A stretch of 63,975 bases of DNA, filler included, from Reticulomyxa filosa (taxonomy: Eukaryota > Protista > Foraminifera), in the NCBI GenBank assembly GCA_000512085.1. It is 19 parts of 19 records of this genome, joined end to end, with 100 filler letters (N's around TTAATTAATTAA, not from the genome) between each part and the next. Parts side by side here need not be neighbours in the genome. Positions count along the whole stretch, not along the records: positions 1 to 5,921 come from ASPP01008359.1; positions 6,022 to 7,583 come from ASPP01020047.1; positions 7,684 to 10,663 come from ASPP01019140.1; positions 10,764 to 14,182 come from ASPP01026757.1; 15 more parts are not named here. One strand, 5' to 3'. The position numbers and the translations under genes were made by a program. This document shows positions 1 through 12,936 of this stretch, in pieces; position 1 is the stretch's first letter; every line of letters begins with the position of its first letter. The notes under the pieces were generated by a model, which worked only from the letters and a program-made list of their open reading frames with translations, was not told the origin of the DNA and did not search any database.

Positions 1-75
1 TTGAAATGATTGAAATGCATTGAAATGAAAAATTATAAGAATACAATGTTCTGTTTTATTCTGCTTGTGATATAG

Positions 76-613
76 TCCCAATGCTTGTGAGTATGGAGCA
101 TTGCACGCCCTTCCAAAAGGACTGCCTCAGTCTCGAATGATCGTACTCTATCCCACTGTCGGTTTGCGGTTCCTTGCGTTGTATGAAAAGTATATCGACG
201 ACGGGCATTACTCCACCGCCCCAGCGCAGATCAATATTAGCTGGGAACAGCGATTGAGCTGCCGCGCTGTATACGTAGAGGTGTGTCAGTTTTTGAGGAT
301 TACTTTGGACGACGACAACCACGACGATATCGTCGAACCTTCAGTCAACTACGCGATAGAAGCCACTCCATCTTTGGGGGACATTACCATTCGCAACAGC
401 CATGCCCCGAGCCCTCTCACCGCCAAAGATGCCCAACTCACTCCCAGCACGGCCGCCACGCAGCATCCTTCTTCGCGACCCAATGGTCGTGGCAGTCCAA
501 ACAATTTGAATCATTTGCGCATTCATTTTGCACCGACTGCACCCAATTCCAAAACATTTATTTTTTCGCATGCGCAATCTCGCGGTGGCAATCATAATAA
601 CAATAACACTGGA

Positions 614-652
<39 letters not shown>

Positions 653-2504
653 CCCATTTCAGGATCGCCAAATGCGAATAAGAATGAATTGGCGAAAGTA
701 GATAATTTGAATATGACGCTTTCTTCACATATGCAGCAACATCATCATGAATCTGCTATTGTGACAGGAAGCTCACAGTTGATAACGGCGTCCAATGCCG
801 ACATTGAAAAGGATAAAAATGAAGGAAGAGGCATTAGCACAATGATATCCCCGTCACAAGTCCGTTCTTTCATTGGCAGCAGTCATCCCAATAAATCATT
901 ATCTAAGCATAGCCCACTTGAAAAGACCAACGACAGTCGCAGGAGTTCCAATAAAAGCGGATTAAAGCAACTGGTCCCGTATCCAGTCCCACAGGACCCG
1001 TTGTCGAACATACAAAGGAGATTTTCCGTCGAACCTGCATCCTCTCTGCTCCAACAAAAAGCACATACAAACAGGCTCAAACGTGCTGTCACTCTTGACG
1101 TAGCTCCAGTTCAAAGTGTTATCCTGTTTTGCACTGGTACATTATAAGTCACATTATGTGTTGTGTATATGTACAGCCGAATGACACTTTGAATGTGCCA
1201 CGGCCATATCATCCAGCGGCAGCAATAAACGAGAATTTTTCGGGGGAGTTATCGACGAATCCAGACTTGCCCATAAGCGATAGGACAACTGCAGGTGGAT
1301 CTTCTGTCACTGGAACGGAAAATCAAGAGGAGTTCGACGGGCTGATTGACGTGACATTGCAGACCAGCATCAGTCAAAGTGATATTAACTTTGAAGTCGA
1401 CTTTCAACGTGTGTCATCTCTGTCAGATTTGCTTTATTTGTTTTGTTTGTGTCACATGACAATAATACATATACATATATGTATATATGTACATATATGT
1501 ATATATGTACATATATGTATATATGTACATATATGTTTATATGTACATATATGTTTATATGTACATATATATAAATATGAGATTGTAACTGTATGTGGAA
1601 TGTCCATTGTTGATAATTACTAGCTCGAATGTCGGCACCAGGGGCAAAAATAACACAGGGCAATGCAAGCGTGACAGAGAACACGGTGAATGCACGTGAA
1701 TCTCAATTAAATCGAAGACCCACTGTGGATAGCACCTATCCAACGGACGGGAAAACGGCCAATAAAGACGGAGTTGTCGTTGCGACTCCAAATCCATGCG
1801 CAGACGGAGGGCAAATGACTGACGGTGTATCTTCGATGAAACCAGCTTTGCCAACTCTATTTTACAAAGGCGTCGAGGTACAAGTCAATTCACACAATAT
1901 CGAGATACAAAAGACACTCGACCGAGTTGAGGGCAATTCTGACAAAAACATGGATTTGGGCGCATTGCAGTCCTCTCTTCCTGTGACCGACATTCCAGAC
2001 TTGCGACGACCTGAAAATAGTGGGGTCGAAATGGACGGAAAAGAAAAAATAAAAACGAGGAGACACAGTCAACTAATTCCATTCGTCCTAAAGTAGATAA
2101 ACTCGCTGTAAATAATTCACTGCCAGCCCTTAATGATGTTCGTTCCATCACATTTTATTTCTTAGGAAAAGAAAATAAAATCAAACCATCACAAAAAGCT
2201 TTAATGAAGTTTCTTATGTCGGAGGAATTTAAATACAACAATGAAAATATGCCCTCCTCTTTGGTCGAAAAAATTGTCAAATGTATTGATTTGAGTTTGG
2301 CTGAAGTTTACAATAATCTAAGGGACCCATTCTCCAGATTCCAGAAAACTGAAGTTTTGTTTACTTTCATGCATAAATATTTCAAACAAAATAACAACAA
2401 TCTTTACATTTACATTTCTTTTTTTTTTTTTTTTTTTTGATGTCAACAAATTTGTAAAGGCGTTTTTCAAATGGTTTAAGGCGCAACCGAAAAATAACGT
2501 GTAA
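76..2504 (+). CDS. RGS-domain protein, 5'-partial, multi-exon, with a long low-complexity insert inside the RGS domain
   Basis: RGS-like 'LYEKYI...APAQINISWEQR' near the start and 'IDLSLAEVYNNLRDPFSRFQKTE|AFFKWF' at the end. Frame-preserving GT-AG introns at about 1118-1176, 1409-1623, 2068-2165 and 2354-2459. Stop TAA at 2502-2504. Confidence 0.75.
1465..1572. repeat. Intronic 18-bp tandem minisatellite (GTACATATATGT[A/T]TATAT)n
   Basis: About 5-6 copies visible inside intron 1409-1623. They produce the spurious HICIYV / VHIYIY ORF repeats. Confidence 0.9.
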
Positions 2505-4049
2505 ATAATATCCCAAACATGCATCATTTTGAACCTTTTATTCTTCTCGCTCTTTTTTACTTTTTTTATATTTATCTTTCTTTTACTTTTTTACGTTCAT
2601 TTTTCTTTTGATTTTTTTACGTTCATGTACATTTTTCCTGGTTTTTGCAATTTCGCTTGCAAAACTTAAATATTTGGAAATTGTGTTTTTATGTGCTTTT
2701 TTGTTGTTTATTTGGAACTGTTTGCATTTTTTTTATTGTGTTAGTTGTCTCATTTGACTATCCTTTGCGATGAAAGCTGAAAAGTGTTTTTGAAATGTTT
2801 GGAAAAGTCAACTTTTGTTTCTTGTTTTGAATACTACGCCCAATTGAAAGTTTTAATGATTTTTATTTTTAACGCATTTTTTCGACTAATTTTTTTAATT
2901 AGTTTTCATTGCAAAATCTTTACGATTGAACATTTTTTGAAAAAAATTGGCAAATTTCATTGTCACGATTGTCAACTTTTTCAAAAATTTTTAAAAATCA
3001 ATAAAATATTCAAATTTTTTAAACAATTAGTAAATATTTAATATTCGTAGATAATTTTCTTTGAAAATTATGTATTGATGTTACTTTTTCATGAAGAAAA
3101 TATATTATATATATGATGTACTATTTTATGTGTTAACTTTCTTTTGCATTCTACTGTATGTGTAATAATTTATTGTACCTTATTGACATATATTTTCTGT
3201 ACAGTATAATGTTTTGTACAATAATATTACTTATGATTATGTTATTAAATATATTAATTGGTGATTGTATAATATCACTAGATATTCTATTATTTATTTG
3301 TGATTTAATATTTTCACATTGACTGCTTAAATATTATTCTTTAAAAGTGTTATTTGTACATATCCTTTTTATAAAATTAAAAAACACTAGTATTTTGTTA
3401 TGAGTTTTTTTCTAAAAAAATTGTCAAATAAAAAACTAGATTATACAACTTTTTTGATTCAAATTCCACTTAAAAGGAAACTTGCGTTGTGTTCTGCTAA
3501 ATCAAAGAAGCTCTTGCAATTACAACCAAATTACTATATTATCAACTGATCCATGAGTTAGTACAAACTTTAAATCTTCAATTCTTTTGCTTCGTCAATA
3601 ATTGCAAAATTGCAAAATAACTTGTTTCTGTTATGTTTCTTTTTTGGCTGCGTAAGTGCTTTCTTTGCACTTGCAGCATATCGATCAGCATAATGGAAAA
3701 GATATGAAAATTGTAAAAACATGTGCACAAAAAGTTCATTATTGGTGTCTTATTCTTCAAAACTGAAAACAACAAATTACGTCATACGTTCTCGGACATT
3801 TTTAATTTCTTTTTTACAAATTACAACAAGAGTAATGTTGAGATATGAGTTGTTGTTTGTATCTTTGGTTTAAGGATCTTTTTTTGTCTGATGGACTTTT
3901 TTTTTGGGTGTTTATGCCTGTAAAGAGTTGAGTTGACTGCAGCAATGAGAATAATTTGAATTTGAAATCAAAAGTTGCCTCTCAGAGATGTCTTGTAACT
4001 AAAATAATGTTTGTTAATGATTCTAAGAATAGACTACGAGTGAAATAAA

Positions 4050-5262
4050 TCACTTACACATCTTAGTAAACTCCGATGGCATCAAAAGCCAGTGACTTTG
4101 TGCTTTTGTTTCCAAGGCAGCTAACTCCTCAACTTTCGGTTTGAGCATTTCTACTTTTTTTTCGGCTTGAGCGACTAAGGGATCTCTACGTGAAATTTCT
4201 TGAAGAAGCTCTTTCAATTGATTTGGATCCAAGTTATTTTGGTCCAATATGGGGATTTTGATACCTCCCAATCTTTTTTCCACTGCCGCAAATATTTCGA
4301 ATTCATCAAACCAAATAGCACACCCTCCCTGCTCAACCAATCGCGTGTCACTGCAATTTGATCCACGAGAAGGACATTTATGATACCACACCTTTTTTTT
4401 TTTAAAAAAAAAAAAATAAACAATCCCGGTTATATTGTTGTTATTACTTCAAATGTATCCACACAATCAACACAACTTTTTCTTTTTGATTGGCAAGAAT
4501 GGATATGGCAACGCCAGGCATGTCCGCTCGTCCAACACGACCAACTCGGTGGATGTAGTCTTCACTTTCAGCGGGCATTGTCATGTTGACGACAAATGGC
4601 AATGCTTTGATATCAATTCCTCGTGCAGCGACGTCTGTGGAAATTAAAAATCGGACGTCACCGTCTTTGAAAGTTTGTAAGTTTCTATCTCGTTCGCCTT
4701 GAGACCGTCCCGAATGCAGTACGACACATGAATAAGGATTTTCTTTGCCAGTTTCTTCTTTTTGGCGAAACTTTGCTCCACCTCCAATGGAAACCAAATA
4801 TTGTTCCAAGTTGTCACAATCGACACGAGTGCGACAAAATACCAAGCATTGGTCCATTTTGAACGCTTCAATTATTTTTCTCTAATATACATATATATAT
4901 AATGTATGTGGGTAATGTTGATGCATGTTTTATATATTTACACATACACAAATGTATACATATTATGTATATCACTTTTTTTTTTTTTTTTGAAAAGGGG
5001 CGAAAAGAAGAGCTTGTAAAAGTATAACAAAGATCAATGGCTTGAGAATTTTAATTCCTTGTGACGCCGATTCCGGGGTTAGTTTCTGCGAGTTGGCATT
5101 GGAAGAAATGTTGTCGCGATAGTGGATTCCATCGGTGGGTACGTCACGTATGTGACTAGTCCATTGCTTGTCTTTGGTGGGATCGATGACCAGCACACAA
5201 TGATGGACAGTCTGTGAATAAGTTTTGTACGAGTGCAAACGCATGAAATAATAAAAAAAAAA

Positions 5263-5293
<31 letters not shown>

Positions 5294-5879
5294 ATATATT
5301 AACTTCAGGGACATATTCTTTGCCTTTCAAATCCACCCAAGTGGGGTTTTTACACAAGATTTTACTCATTTCGGTAATGTCATCCGAATGTAAGGTGGCA
5401 CTAAATAGCATGACTTGCACGCCTCGTTGCATGCGACTGAACAAGGCTTTAATGGACTGTTGCTGCCCTTGTTGTGTATCCAGCACCCGATCTGCCTCGT
5501 CAATGACAAAGAACTTGCATTGATCCAACGTCAAATGGCCCGTCCCGATCAACCCGACAATCGCCCCAATCGTGCCTATCACAACATGGGCTTTTTTAAT
5601 CGCGTCGACCATTGGCGCCACGCCCCCAATACACAAGGCCGTCTGCACAGGCGGCTCATTCAAATACTGTTTCAAAACGCCAAAGTCGGTAAACAGCTGC
5701 TGCGCCAAGTCTCGCGTTGGCGCGACTATTAACGCCAAGGGGGCTCCTGAGCTCCTAGAATTGCGTGGCTGTTGTTTCATCGCTTGGAACTTTAAATTTG
5801 TTTGCGACGTAAGAGCTGTTTGCATTGCATCAAAGCCTTTGGGTGGTTCATATCGAAACCGGGTGCCACCAAAGTTCAC
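4050..5879 (-). CDS. DDX1: ATP-dependent RNA helicase DDX1, 5'-partial, 4 exons visible
   Basis: End of the SPRY insert (NFGGTRFRYEPPKGF), motif Ia PTRDLA, DEAD, SAT, CLVFCRTRVDCD, TDVAARGIDI, HRVGRVGRAD, and the DDX1-specific C-terminus WYHKCPSRG..C.DTRL..QGGCAIWFDE and L.P.VEELA.LE..AQ. Confidence 0.93.
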
Positions 5880-5883
5880 TTCC

Positions 5884-5921
<38 letters not shown>

Positions 5922-6021
5922 NNNNNNNNNNNNNNNNNNNNNNNNNNNNNNNNNNNNNNNNNNNNTTAATTAATTAANNNNNNNNNNNNNNNNNNNNNNN
6001 NNNNNNNNNNNNNNNNNNNNN
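5922..6021. other. Artificial contig spacer (44 N + TTAATTAATTAA + 44 N), first of 18
   Basis: Identical 100-nt spacers start at 5922, 7584, 10664, 14183, 17121, 18672, 30686, 31807, 34010, 36312, 37814, 42221, 43383, 44589, 46584, 47972, 50582 and 62515. The 12-mer puts stops in all six frames. Confidence 0.98.
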
Positions 6022-6073
6022 TTGTTGTTGTCGTTTGCAGAACTGTTATAACCATTGTTATTAATATTATTAA

Positions 6074-6104
<31 letters not shown>

Positions 6105-6111
6105 ATTATTA

Positions 6112-6150
<39 letters not shown>

Positions 6151-7535
6151 ATGCCATTGCCAGCAGCACCTCGCTTTCCAATGACTCGCGGCAACTTGTT
6201 GATGGCCTGAATGACGGCAATGGGATGTGATTCGTGCTCTAAGCGAACGGGGATAACCAAGATCGACTCACCTTTAGAAAAGCGCAACTCATTGGTGGTG
6301 TATCGCCCATCGACGCGTGCGCGGTCGATTTTTTTGGGCAAGCCGGTCAAAGCCACTTGTCCCAGGATATGTCCGCTCTCGACAAAGATGCGCTGATTTT
6401 GCATCCTCGTGTCTTGCGAAAACTCGCAGGTCATGACCTTTTGTCCCGCGGGGCCGCTGATAGTCCAAAACTCCAGTTGTTGACATGTGACGAGTCCTCG
6501 GATCTTGCGGAGCAGTTGCTTGATCAACTGTTGGTACGACTGGTTCGTAATGTCTCCACTCATCTCATCGATCACGCCGAGCACGCGAGTGCTGTCCTTC
6601 TTTTGCATCTGCGCGTCAATGTACGTTTGCAAGTTCTGCAATGTGTTGCAAGCAATGGCCGTCAGTACACTTGCAGTCTTGATATCCGCGTCATTGAATT
6701 GTCGACTCACTGCTGTCTTTTCATTGCTGGTATTCGTTACATTGCTACTGCTGTGGTTATTGGTGGCTTCTCGATACACCACAAGCACCGCCACGACCTT
6801 GCCTTGGCGATTTCGAACAGGGACTGCCAACACATGCGTATCTGCGTGTCCGGGATAATCGGGACATAACGCGCCAATGTCACGTGAGGACACAAAAGAG
6901 CTGTTGACGTGATGACCACTTCGAAATACTTTGCCTGGAATTGTCGCCTCTCCTCCATCGTTGTTGAGATTGTTATGATGCGGTGTCATATGCACAATAA
7001 CTTCTTTCTCGTCTTTCGTCGCTGTCAATGACGATGATGATGCCGACATCGATGACATGACCGAGTGGTGCGTGCGGACATCGTCAAACAACGACTCATC
7101 GCCCATTGTCCTTTCGCGAGACGCGGATTGGGAAGTGCACACGCAACGCAAGAGACGACCATCTTCTTCCGCGACGTATAAGCTTGCAAAGGAACAATCC
7201 AACGAAATCTTGGTTGTAGTCATCATATGATCGAATGCCTTTTCTTCGTCTTGCAAATCCTGGTTCATCGCCGTCACCATGTGCAATAACTCGCCACACT
7301 TTTCGTTGCTTCGCAACAGGTCCCAACATAACTTCACTATGTCCTCACGCGTGTGCTTCTCCACATACGACGCAAAGTCCTCCAACGTTGGGATCTCCAT
7401 CAACGTGTCCAACGACCACTTGCTGTGGTCCACTAGGTCAAATATCACCGCGTTCGGCGTTTGTCCGCCCATGTCACTTGTCCCTCCTCCTACCTCCGTT
7501 GGAAGCATATCGCGCAAGGCCAATAATCCGGACAT
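6022..7535 (-). CDS. Tandem GAF-domain protein (cyclic-nucleotide PDE/cyclase-type regulatory region), partial at both ends
   Basis: Two GAF-like repeats: 'CSFASLYVAE...IPGKVFRSG...VLAVPVRNRQGKVVAVLVV...F.DADI' and 'GHILGQVALTG...SILVIPV...IAVIQAINK'. The ORF runs into a poly-Asn tract and the gap. Confidence 0.8.
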
Positions 7536-7548
7536 TCTTTTTTTGCTT

Positions 7549-7583
<35 letters not shown>

Positions 7584-7736
7584 NNNNNNNNNNNNNNNNN
7601 NNNNNNNNNNNNNNNNNNNNNNNNNNNTTAATTAATTAANNNNNNNNNNNNNNNNNNNNNNNNNNNNNNNNNNNNNNNNNNNNGATGATTTTAATAAAGC
7701 AATCGATATCTATCTTAAAAAAAAAAATGCAAATAG

Positions 7737-9233
7737 GATGAAATTAAGAAATTAAATTTGGAAAATGAAACACTTAAAGTGGAGTTACAGTCGAAAGGGA
7801 AAAAAGATAAAGAGATTGCTCGTTTGAAACAACAATTGGAGCAATATCAAAATCAGAGTCTACAATTCGACTATGCACATGTTTGTTTGTTTGTTTTGTT
7901 TTTTTTTGCTTTTGATATTTTGAGTAGTTTGAAAATAAAAACATACTTAAAACAGAAAACAACATTGATTGAAATGGAAAAATTAAAAAAAAAAATCAAA
8001 TCCAAACATAATGAAATTCAAAAAATAAAACAAGAAATACAAATAATGGAACAACAAAAAAAGTTAGAAGAAAAAAATAATCATATGAATTACAATATAG
8101 AAGAACAAAAAGAAGATAATATAAACGACAATCTATCAACACTAATTATTAATACATCATCAACTTTTAATTTTGAATTAGTACGTTCTCTTAAATTAAT
8201 AAAGACATTCACTGGACATACTAATTGGGTGCGGAGTATTGATTATTCAACACTTGATAATAATCAAATCATTTGTTCTGGATCAGGTGATAATACAGTT
8301 CGTGTATGGGATATTGATAACAATAAACAAATTCAATCATTCGATGGACATTCAAGTTATGTGAATTGTGTAAAATTTTCATCATATCATTATCAAAATT
8401 ATAGTCAAAATGTCATTTGTTCTTCATCAAATGATAACACTATTCGTTTTTGGGATTTCAAACATAATAAACAATTACAAATATTTAATGAAACTCGTAG
8501 CGTTTGTGGTATTGAATTTTCACAATTTAATGGTGGTAGATATTTATGTTCTGGATCATATGATAAAACAATTCGTTTATGGGATGTTGAAACATCCAAT
8601 TTATTACATGCTTTCAATGAGCATGAAAATGTTGTTTGGTGTGTTGATATTTCACCATTACAAAGCAATAATAATAAAAATGATAATACAATGAATAATA
8701 TTGGTGTGATTGGTGGAAATGGATATTCTATTTGTTCTGGATCATTTGATAAAACCATTCGAATATGGGATATTGAAACAACCAAACAATTCAATATATT
8801 AAAAGGACATACAAATTATGTGTGGAGTATAAAATATGGATCAAATCAATTAATAAATACAATATTATCTGGATCAGATGATAATAGTGTTCGTTTGTGG
8901 GATATTCGAATTAATCGACAAATTCAAGTATACAGAGGACATGAAGATTATGTAAACATTGTTGAATATTCACCATTCGTAATAAAGGATAATGATAATT
9001 CAAATGTGATTTGCTCTGGATCAAATGATAATACAATTTGTTTTTGGGATATTCGATCAAATAAGAATGCATTGCATGTAATCAAAGGAAATAAACAAGA
9101 TAATGGAATATTATGTCTTAAATTTATCGGATTGAAAAAGAACGAGAAGAATAACGAAAATGAAAATAATCTTATATATGATTTGAATTTGTGTTATAGT
9201 TCGCTCAAAGGTCAAATTTGTATTTGGGGATAA
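7737..9233 (+). CDS. Coiled-coil + WD40-repeat protein, 5'-partial (intron about 7881-7955)
   Basis: About 7 WD40 repeats (GHTNWVRSIDY...SGSGDNTVRVWD etc.) after a K/E/Q-rich coiled coil. Paralogous to the WD40 gene at 56407-57596. Confidence 0.92.
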   Translation, partial: DEIKKLNLENETLKVELQSKGKKDKEIARLKQQLEQYQNQSLQFDYAHVCLFVLFFFAFDILSSLKIKTYLKQKTTLIEMEKLKKKIKSKHNEIQKIKQEIQIMEQQKKLEEKNNHMNYNIEEQKEDNINDNLSTLIINTSSTFNFELVRSLKLIKTFTGHTNWVRSIDYSTLDNNQIICSGSGDNTVRVWDIDNNKQIQSFDGHSSYVNCVKFSSYHYQNYSQNVICSSSNDNTIRFWDFKHNKQLQIFNETRSVCGIEFSQFNGGRYLCSGSYDKTIRLWDVETSNLLHAFNEHENVVWCVDISPLQSNNNKNDNTMNNIGVIGGNGYSICSGSFDKTIRIWDIETTKQFNILKGHTNYVWSIKYGSNQLINTILSGSDDNSVRLWDIRINRQIQVYRGHEDYVNIVEYSPFVIKDNDNSNVICSGSNDNTICFWDIRSNKNALHVIKGNKQDNGILCLKFIGLKKNEKNNENENNLIYDLNLCYSSLKGQICIWG

Positions 9234-10390
9234 TTTGTTTTTTTTTGAAAAGCTTATTTTATTTGATTGAATGAGAGCATTGAAGATTGTGATTTTAATC
9301 AATTTCTCTTTGAAAAACTGGATATTATGTTTTTGCTCAAAGATATTAAGTGCTAGAATAATTACAGTTTCTTGATGACTATAACTAATTTTTAGAAAGG
9401 GAATATTGAATAAGAGGCTGATCATCTTGTTCATCATATTTTCATTCAATACTTTTCATATCAAATTAAATTGGATAAAATAGCATCAAAACAGAAAAAA
9501 TTAAAGTGTCCTTATTCAAATCAATTGTATTATCGAAATTATGCAAAGCAAATATATTCTTCCAGATATCATATTTTACAATATGCTTTTATATCATTTA
9601 GATATGTCGAATAACTTAATAAAATATGCAGTTTGTTTGTTTAATAGTATTTATTAACTGAATAAAAAACAATTGCGACAATGGAGAGAAAATAAATTAA
9701 ATATATGTCAAAATACTTTGAAGATTGTTGTCACGTTTATTGTGTGGAGTAATTTTTTAAAAACAAATTGACATCAAACAAGAGATCCTTTGAATTGTAT
9801 ATATATTATTGGATGGAATATCAGACACAATATTAATTTGGATACCTTCAAAAAGTACCATTCATGAAGAAAAAGATAAAAATAATGAACAACAAAATTC
9901 ATAACCTAAAACATTTAAACTCTTTTTGATATTATCATTTGCACATGGAGATAATCTTGAATATGCATTTCTAAAAAAATCACTCAGTTCTTTTTTTTCC
10001 GTTTCAGTTTTTAAATGATTGAACAATCTCATTTCATTATTAAGAACAGGAACTGCGTCAAGTTTTTTTACTTTTAATCCTTTTTTGCAATTGAAATTTG
10101 AATTGAAAGTCCTAATATTTTCACCTTTTTGTAGGGAATAACCAAGTAAGGACAAATACGTTGTATTTATTTTTTTACATGAAATTTACAATAAAATCTG
10201 TTTTTACTTTCATCTTTAACAATAAATATTTTATCTCTTCTTGTATGATTTCAGCATTTATAATATACAATTAGAGTTGGCCAGAACAAAACTTCCCCAG
10301 TTCAAAAACTTTAAAAAAAAAACTTTAGAATAAATTCCTCTACATCATCTAATTAAGAAACCAATAACCAAAAGAAAGAAACTGAGTAAG

Positions 10391-10663
10391 ATGGAAGAAG
10401 AGAAAAGCAAAGACAATGTGAAACTGGATTTGAAGTCAATTACTGAACAATATGCTTGCTTTAACAAAAATTGGATTTTACAATTGAACAAGCAGGAAGA
10501 CATTCACGATTTTCTTTGTTTGATTTGCAAACAAGTCGCCAACGACCCAATGGAAATCAATTGCACTCAACATAAAAATATGGATGAATCTTTGATCGTT
10601 GGAGAAAATTGCTTAAAGAAATTTCTTAGTCAAAACCCAAATTCTTGTCCAGTCGAACCTCAT
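10391..10663 (+). CDS. N-terminal RING-like zinc-finger fragment (TRAF-like), 3'-truncated by gap
   Basis: CLICKQVANDPMEINC..H...GENCL..FL....SCPVEPH, a degenerate RING pattern. Confidence 0.7.
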
Positions 10664-11092
10664 NNNNNNNNNNNNNNNNNNNNNNNNNNNNNNNNNNNNN
10701 NNNNNNNTTAATTAATTAANNNNNNNNNNNNNNNNNNNNNNNNNNNNNNNNNNNNNNNNNNNNGGAAGCAAGGAGTAGTCGGACACCCTCCCGGTGCAAA
10801 AGCTTTAAAAAAAAAATAAATATTGACTTCAATGCATTTTGATTAAAATTCAAATTAATTTAAATATATTATAATTTTACAACTTTCTTGCTTATTGTTG
10901 ATAATGATATCAATTGGATACATTTGCATGGACCCTGATTTTGTTGTAGAGCAATAAATTTTTTGTTAAACTAAACGCGTCAAATTGCTATTTTAACAAA
11001 AATATGTTCTTTTACAATCAGTAGACTGATTAAGGTTTAAACAAGCAAAAAAATTTTTTAGATGAAGGAGTGATAATCATGCTAATATGTAA

Positions 11093-12468
11093 CTATTGTA
11101 TTTGTGGAGTGTGCATTTCTAAATCACTTTCCACTGAAATTGGTGAGGTGATGAATCTGTCTTTCAGTATATCAAATAAAGAAACAGCAACAATATAGCG
11201 TGGTGTCAACCACAACACACGGGCAACAACACCATCTATTATTTCACAACACATCAACATTGGTTTTTAGTGTAAGAGAGGGAGAAAAAAAGGCATACCA
11301 AAAAATGCTAAAACGCCCTCTCTTTGAAAGACTTTGACAGCACACTCGAACGGATTTTTAAAGTCAAATAAATGGGGATTAGACCTTTGCACTTGCATCC
11401 TCGTTTTAACTAAGTCCAACGGTGAAGTAATCACAGACGAGGTAACCCCAGCGAGAGTGGAAGAAATTAGAAATGCTTTAACATCAGGATGATGGCCATG
11501 GCTGGCAAGTGTATCAGTAGAATGCTTTGCAAAGAAGGATTTGCACTGGCCATAAATCATCCAATAAATTCCATTGAACGGTGCCCAAGTGAATTGGTGG
11601 ATGAAATATGCACGATACAATCCACCCAAACCTTTTTTAAAAAAAATACGTATACGTTGTGACACAAGTGTTGAATGTTTGCAAAAATTTTACAATCCCC
11701 TTTTTTTTTTTTTTTTTTTGACAAAAAAATTGAAAATGAGACCTTCGTGTCGCAATATGCCGGTAAGTGCCTCAGTAGTGGTGCGATAAGAAATGACGGT
11801 TTGTACTTGCCCTTCGACTTGACATCTCTCTTTCAAAACATCCATAGGCACCCAAGCTAAACTTCCACAAAGTTGTCCAATAATACCGGACATAAAATCG
11901 ATCATTGCACTGTTTTGTGGTTTATTGGCATGGTTCAACTCAACTTGTCCATAGCCAACACTTTTTGTGAGCTCAACCCCACCAAAATATAATGCACTTG
12001 CGAATGGCGCTCCTCCCACCACCGCACCGACTCCTTTCCAAAATGAACGAAATCCCTCGTGGCGAAACATATGTACACTCGCTTGCAGTGGGTTGCGATA
12101 TGTTAATACTTGATTATTCGCTCCACTGATAAATCCCTTGCTTACCCCTTGCACCTGTTATTAGTTTATTTCTTTTTTTTTGTTGATACAAAAACCAAAA
12201 AAAAAGTGTTTATAACTTGCATCCTTGTCTTGACGGTGGCCTGTTGTTTGTTCGTTTGTTTCCTTTTTTTTGTGTACAGAAAATGATGGGAGAACATGCT
12301 CAAAATAGCAATATACCATTGGATGGGTCACGATATCTGCAACCAGACCAGCTGTATTATGGAGTGATAAGTGCTACGTTCTTACAAAACGACAACAAAG
12401 TTTGCACAGAACTTACAAATCCCTCCAATCGCCGGTGTCAAGTAATAATGTTCCTTTTTTTGAGCCAT
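11093..12468 (-). CDS. Mitochondrial carrier family (SLC25) protein, about 6 exons
   Basis: Three carrier signatures after splicing: HPMATVKTRMQ, VPMDVLKERCQ, SPLDLVKTRMQ, plus EGFRSFWKG and EGVLAFF. ATG at 12468 (MAQKKEHYY) and TAG at 11093-11095. Confidence 0.9.
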
Positions 12469-12936
12469 TTTTTTCTAGGTTTACGATACTGCCCAAAGAA
12501 ATCTCAGAAAAAACGAGAGATTATCATCGAAAGGGTCCTCCCATATTTGACCAAGAAAATTTGAAAAAATCATCATAACAGTTTTTCTTTTCCTTGTCTC
12601 ACTCTTTTAAACAACTTTTCTTCTTTTTTGAGACCACAGCATCGCAGTTTTATTGCTTTGTTAATAATGGTTTTGAGTTTCTTTCGTTGCACATTTTGAA
12701 TATATCTGCTATGCAATCTTATTTGTAATTTGGTTCACAATAGCGTAGCTAATAACAGAAAGTATTTAGGGTTAAAAAATTTTTTTAGAGTATTTGAGTT
12801 ATTTTAAAAACATATAATTAAACAACTATCTCAAAGATTAAACACAAACTTTTGATTACGCTTAAACCAGCTTACCTTTCAAAGTAAACAGAACTTTGAT
12901 TTTCTCAAAAAGGATCCCATCCAAAAGGCCATTAAC

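Noticed and set aside
1385-1684. ORFs with VHIYIY / HICIYV repeats (similar IY-rich runs at 5233, 30916, 46636)
   Set aside because: Translations of intronic AT microsatellites.
5966-5977. TTAATTAATTAA palindrome repeated 18 times
   Set aside because: Always embedded in 44+44 N, so it is an assembly spacer and not a biological repeat or CRISPR.
9862-10155. 97-aa minus-strand ORF (also 19517-19744 and a CxxC..ET remnant near 35790)
   Set aside because: No recognisable domain or clear splice structure. Possibly decayed gene or transposon fragments but not supportable.
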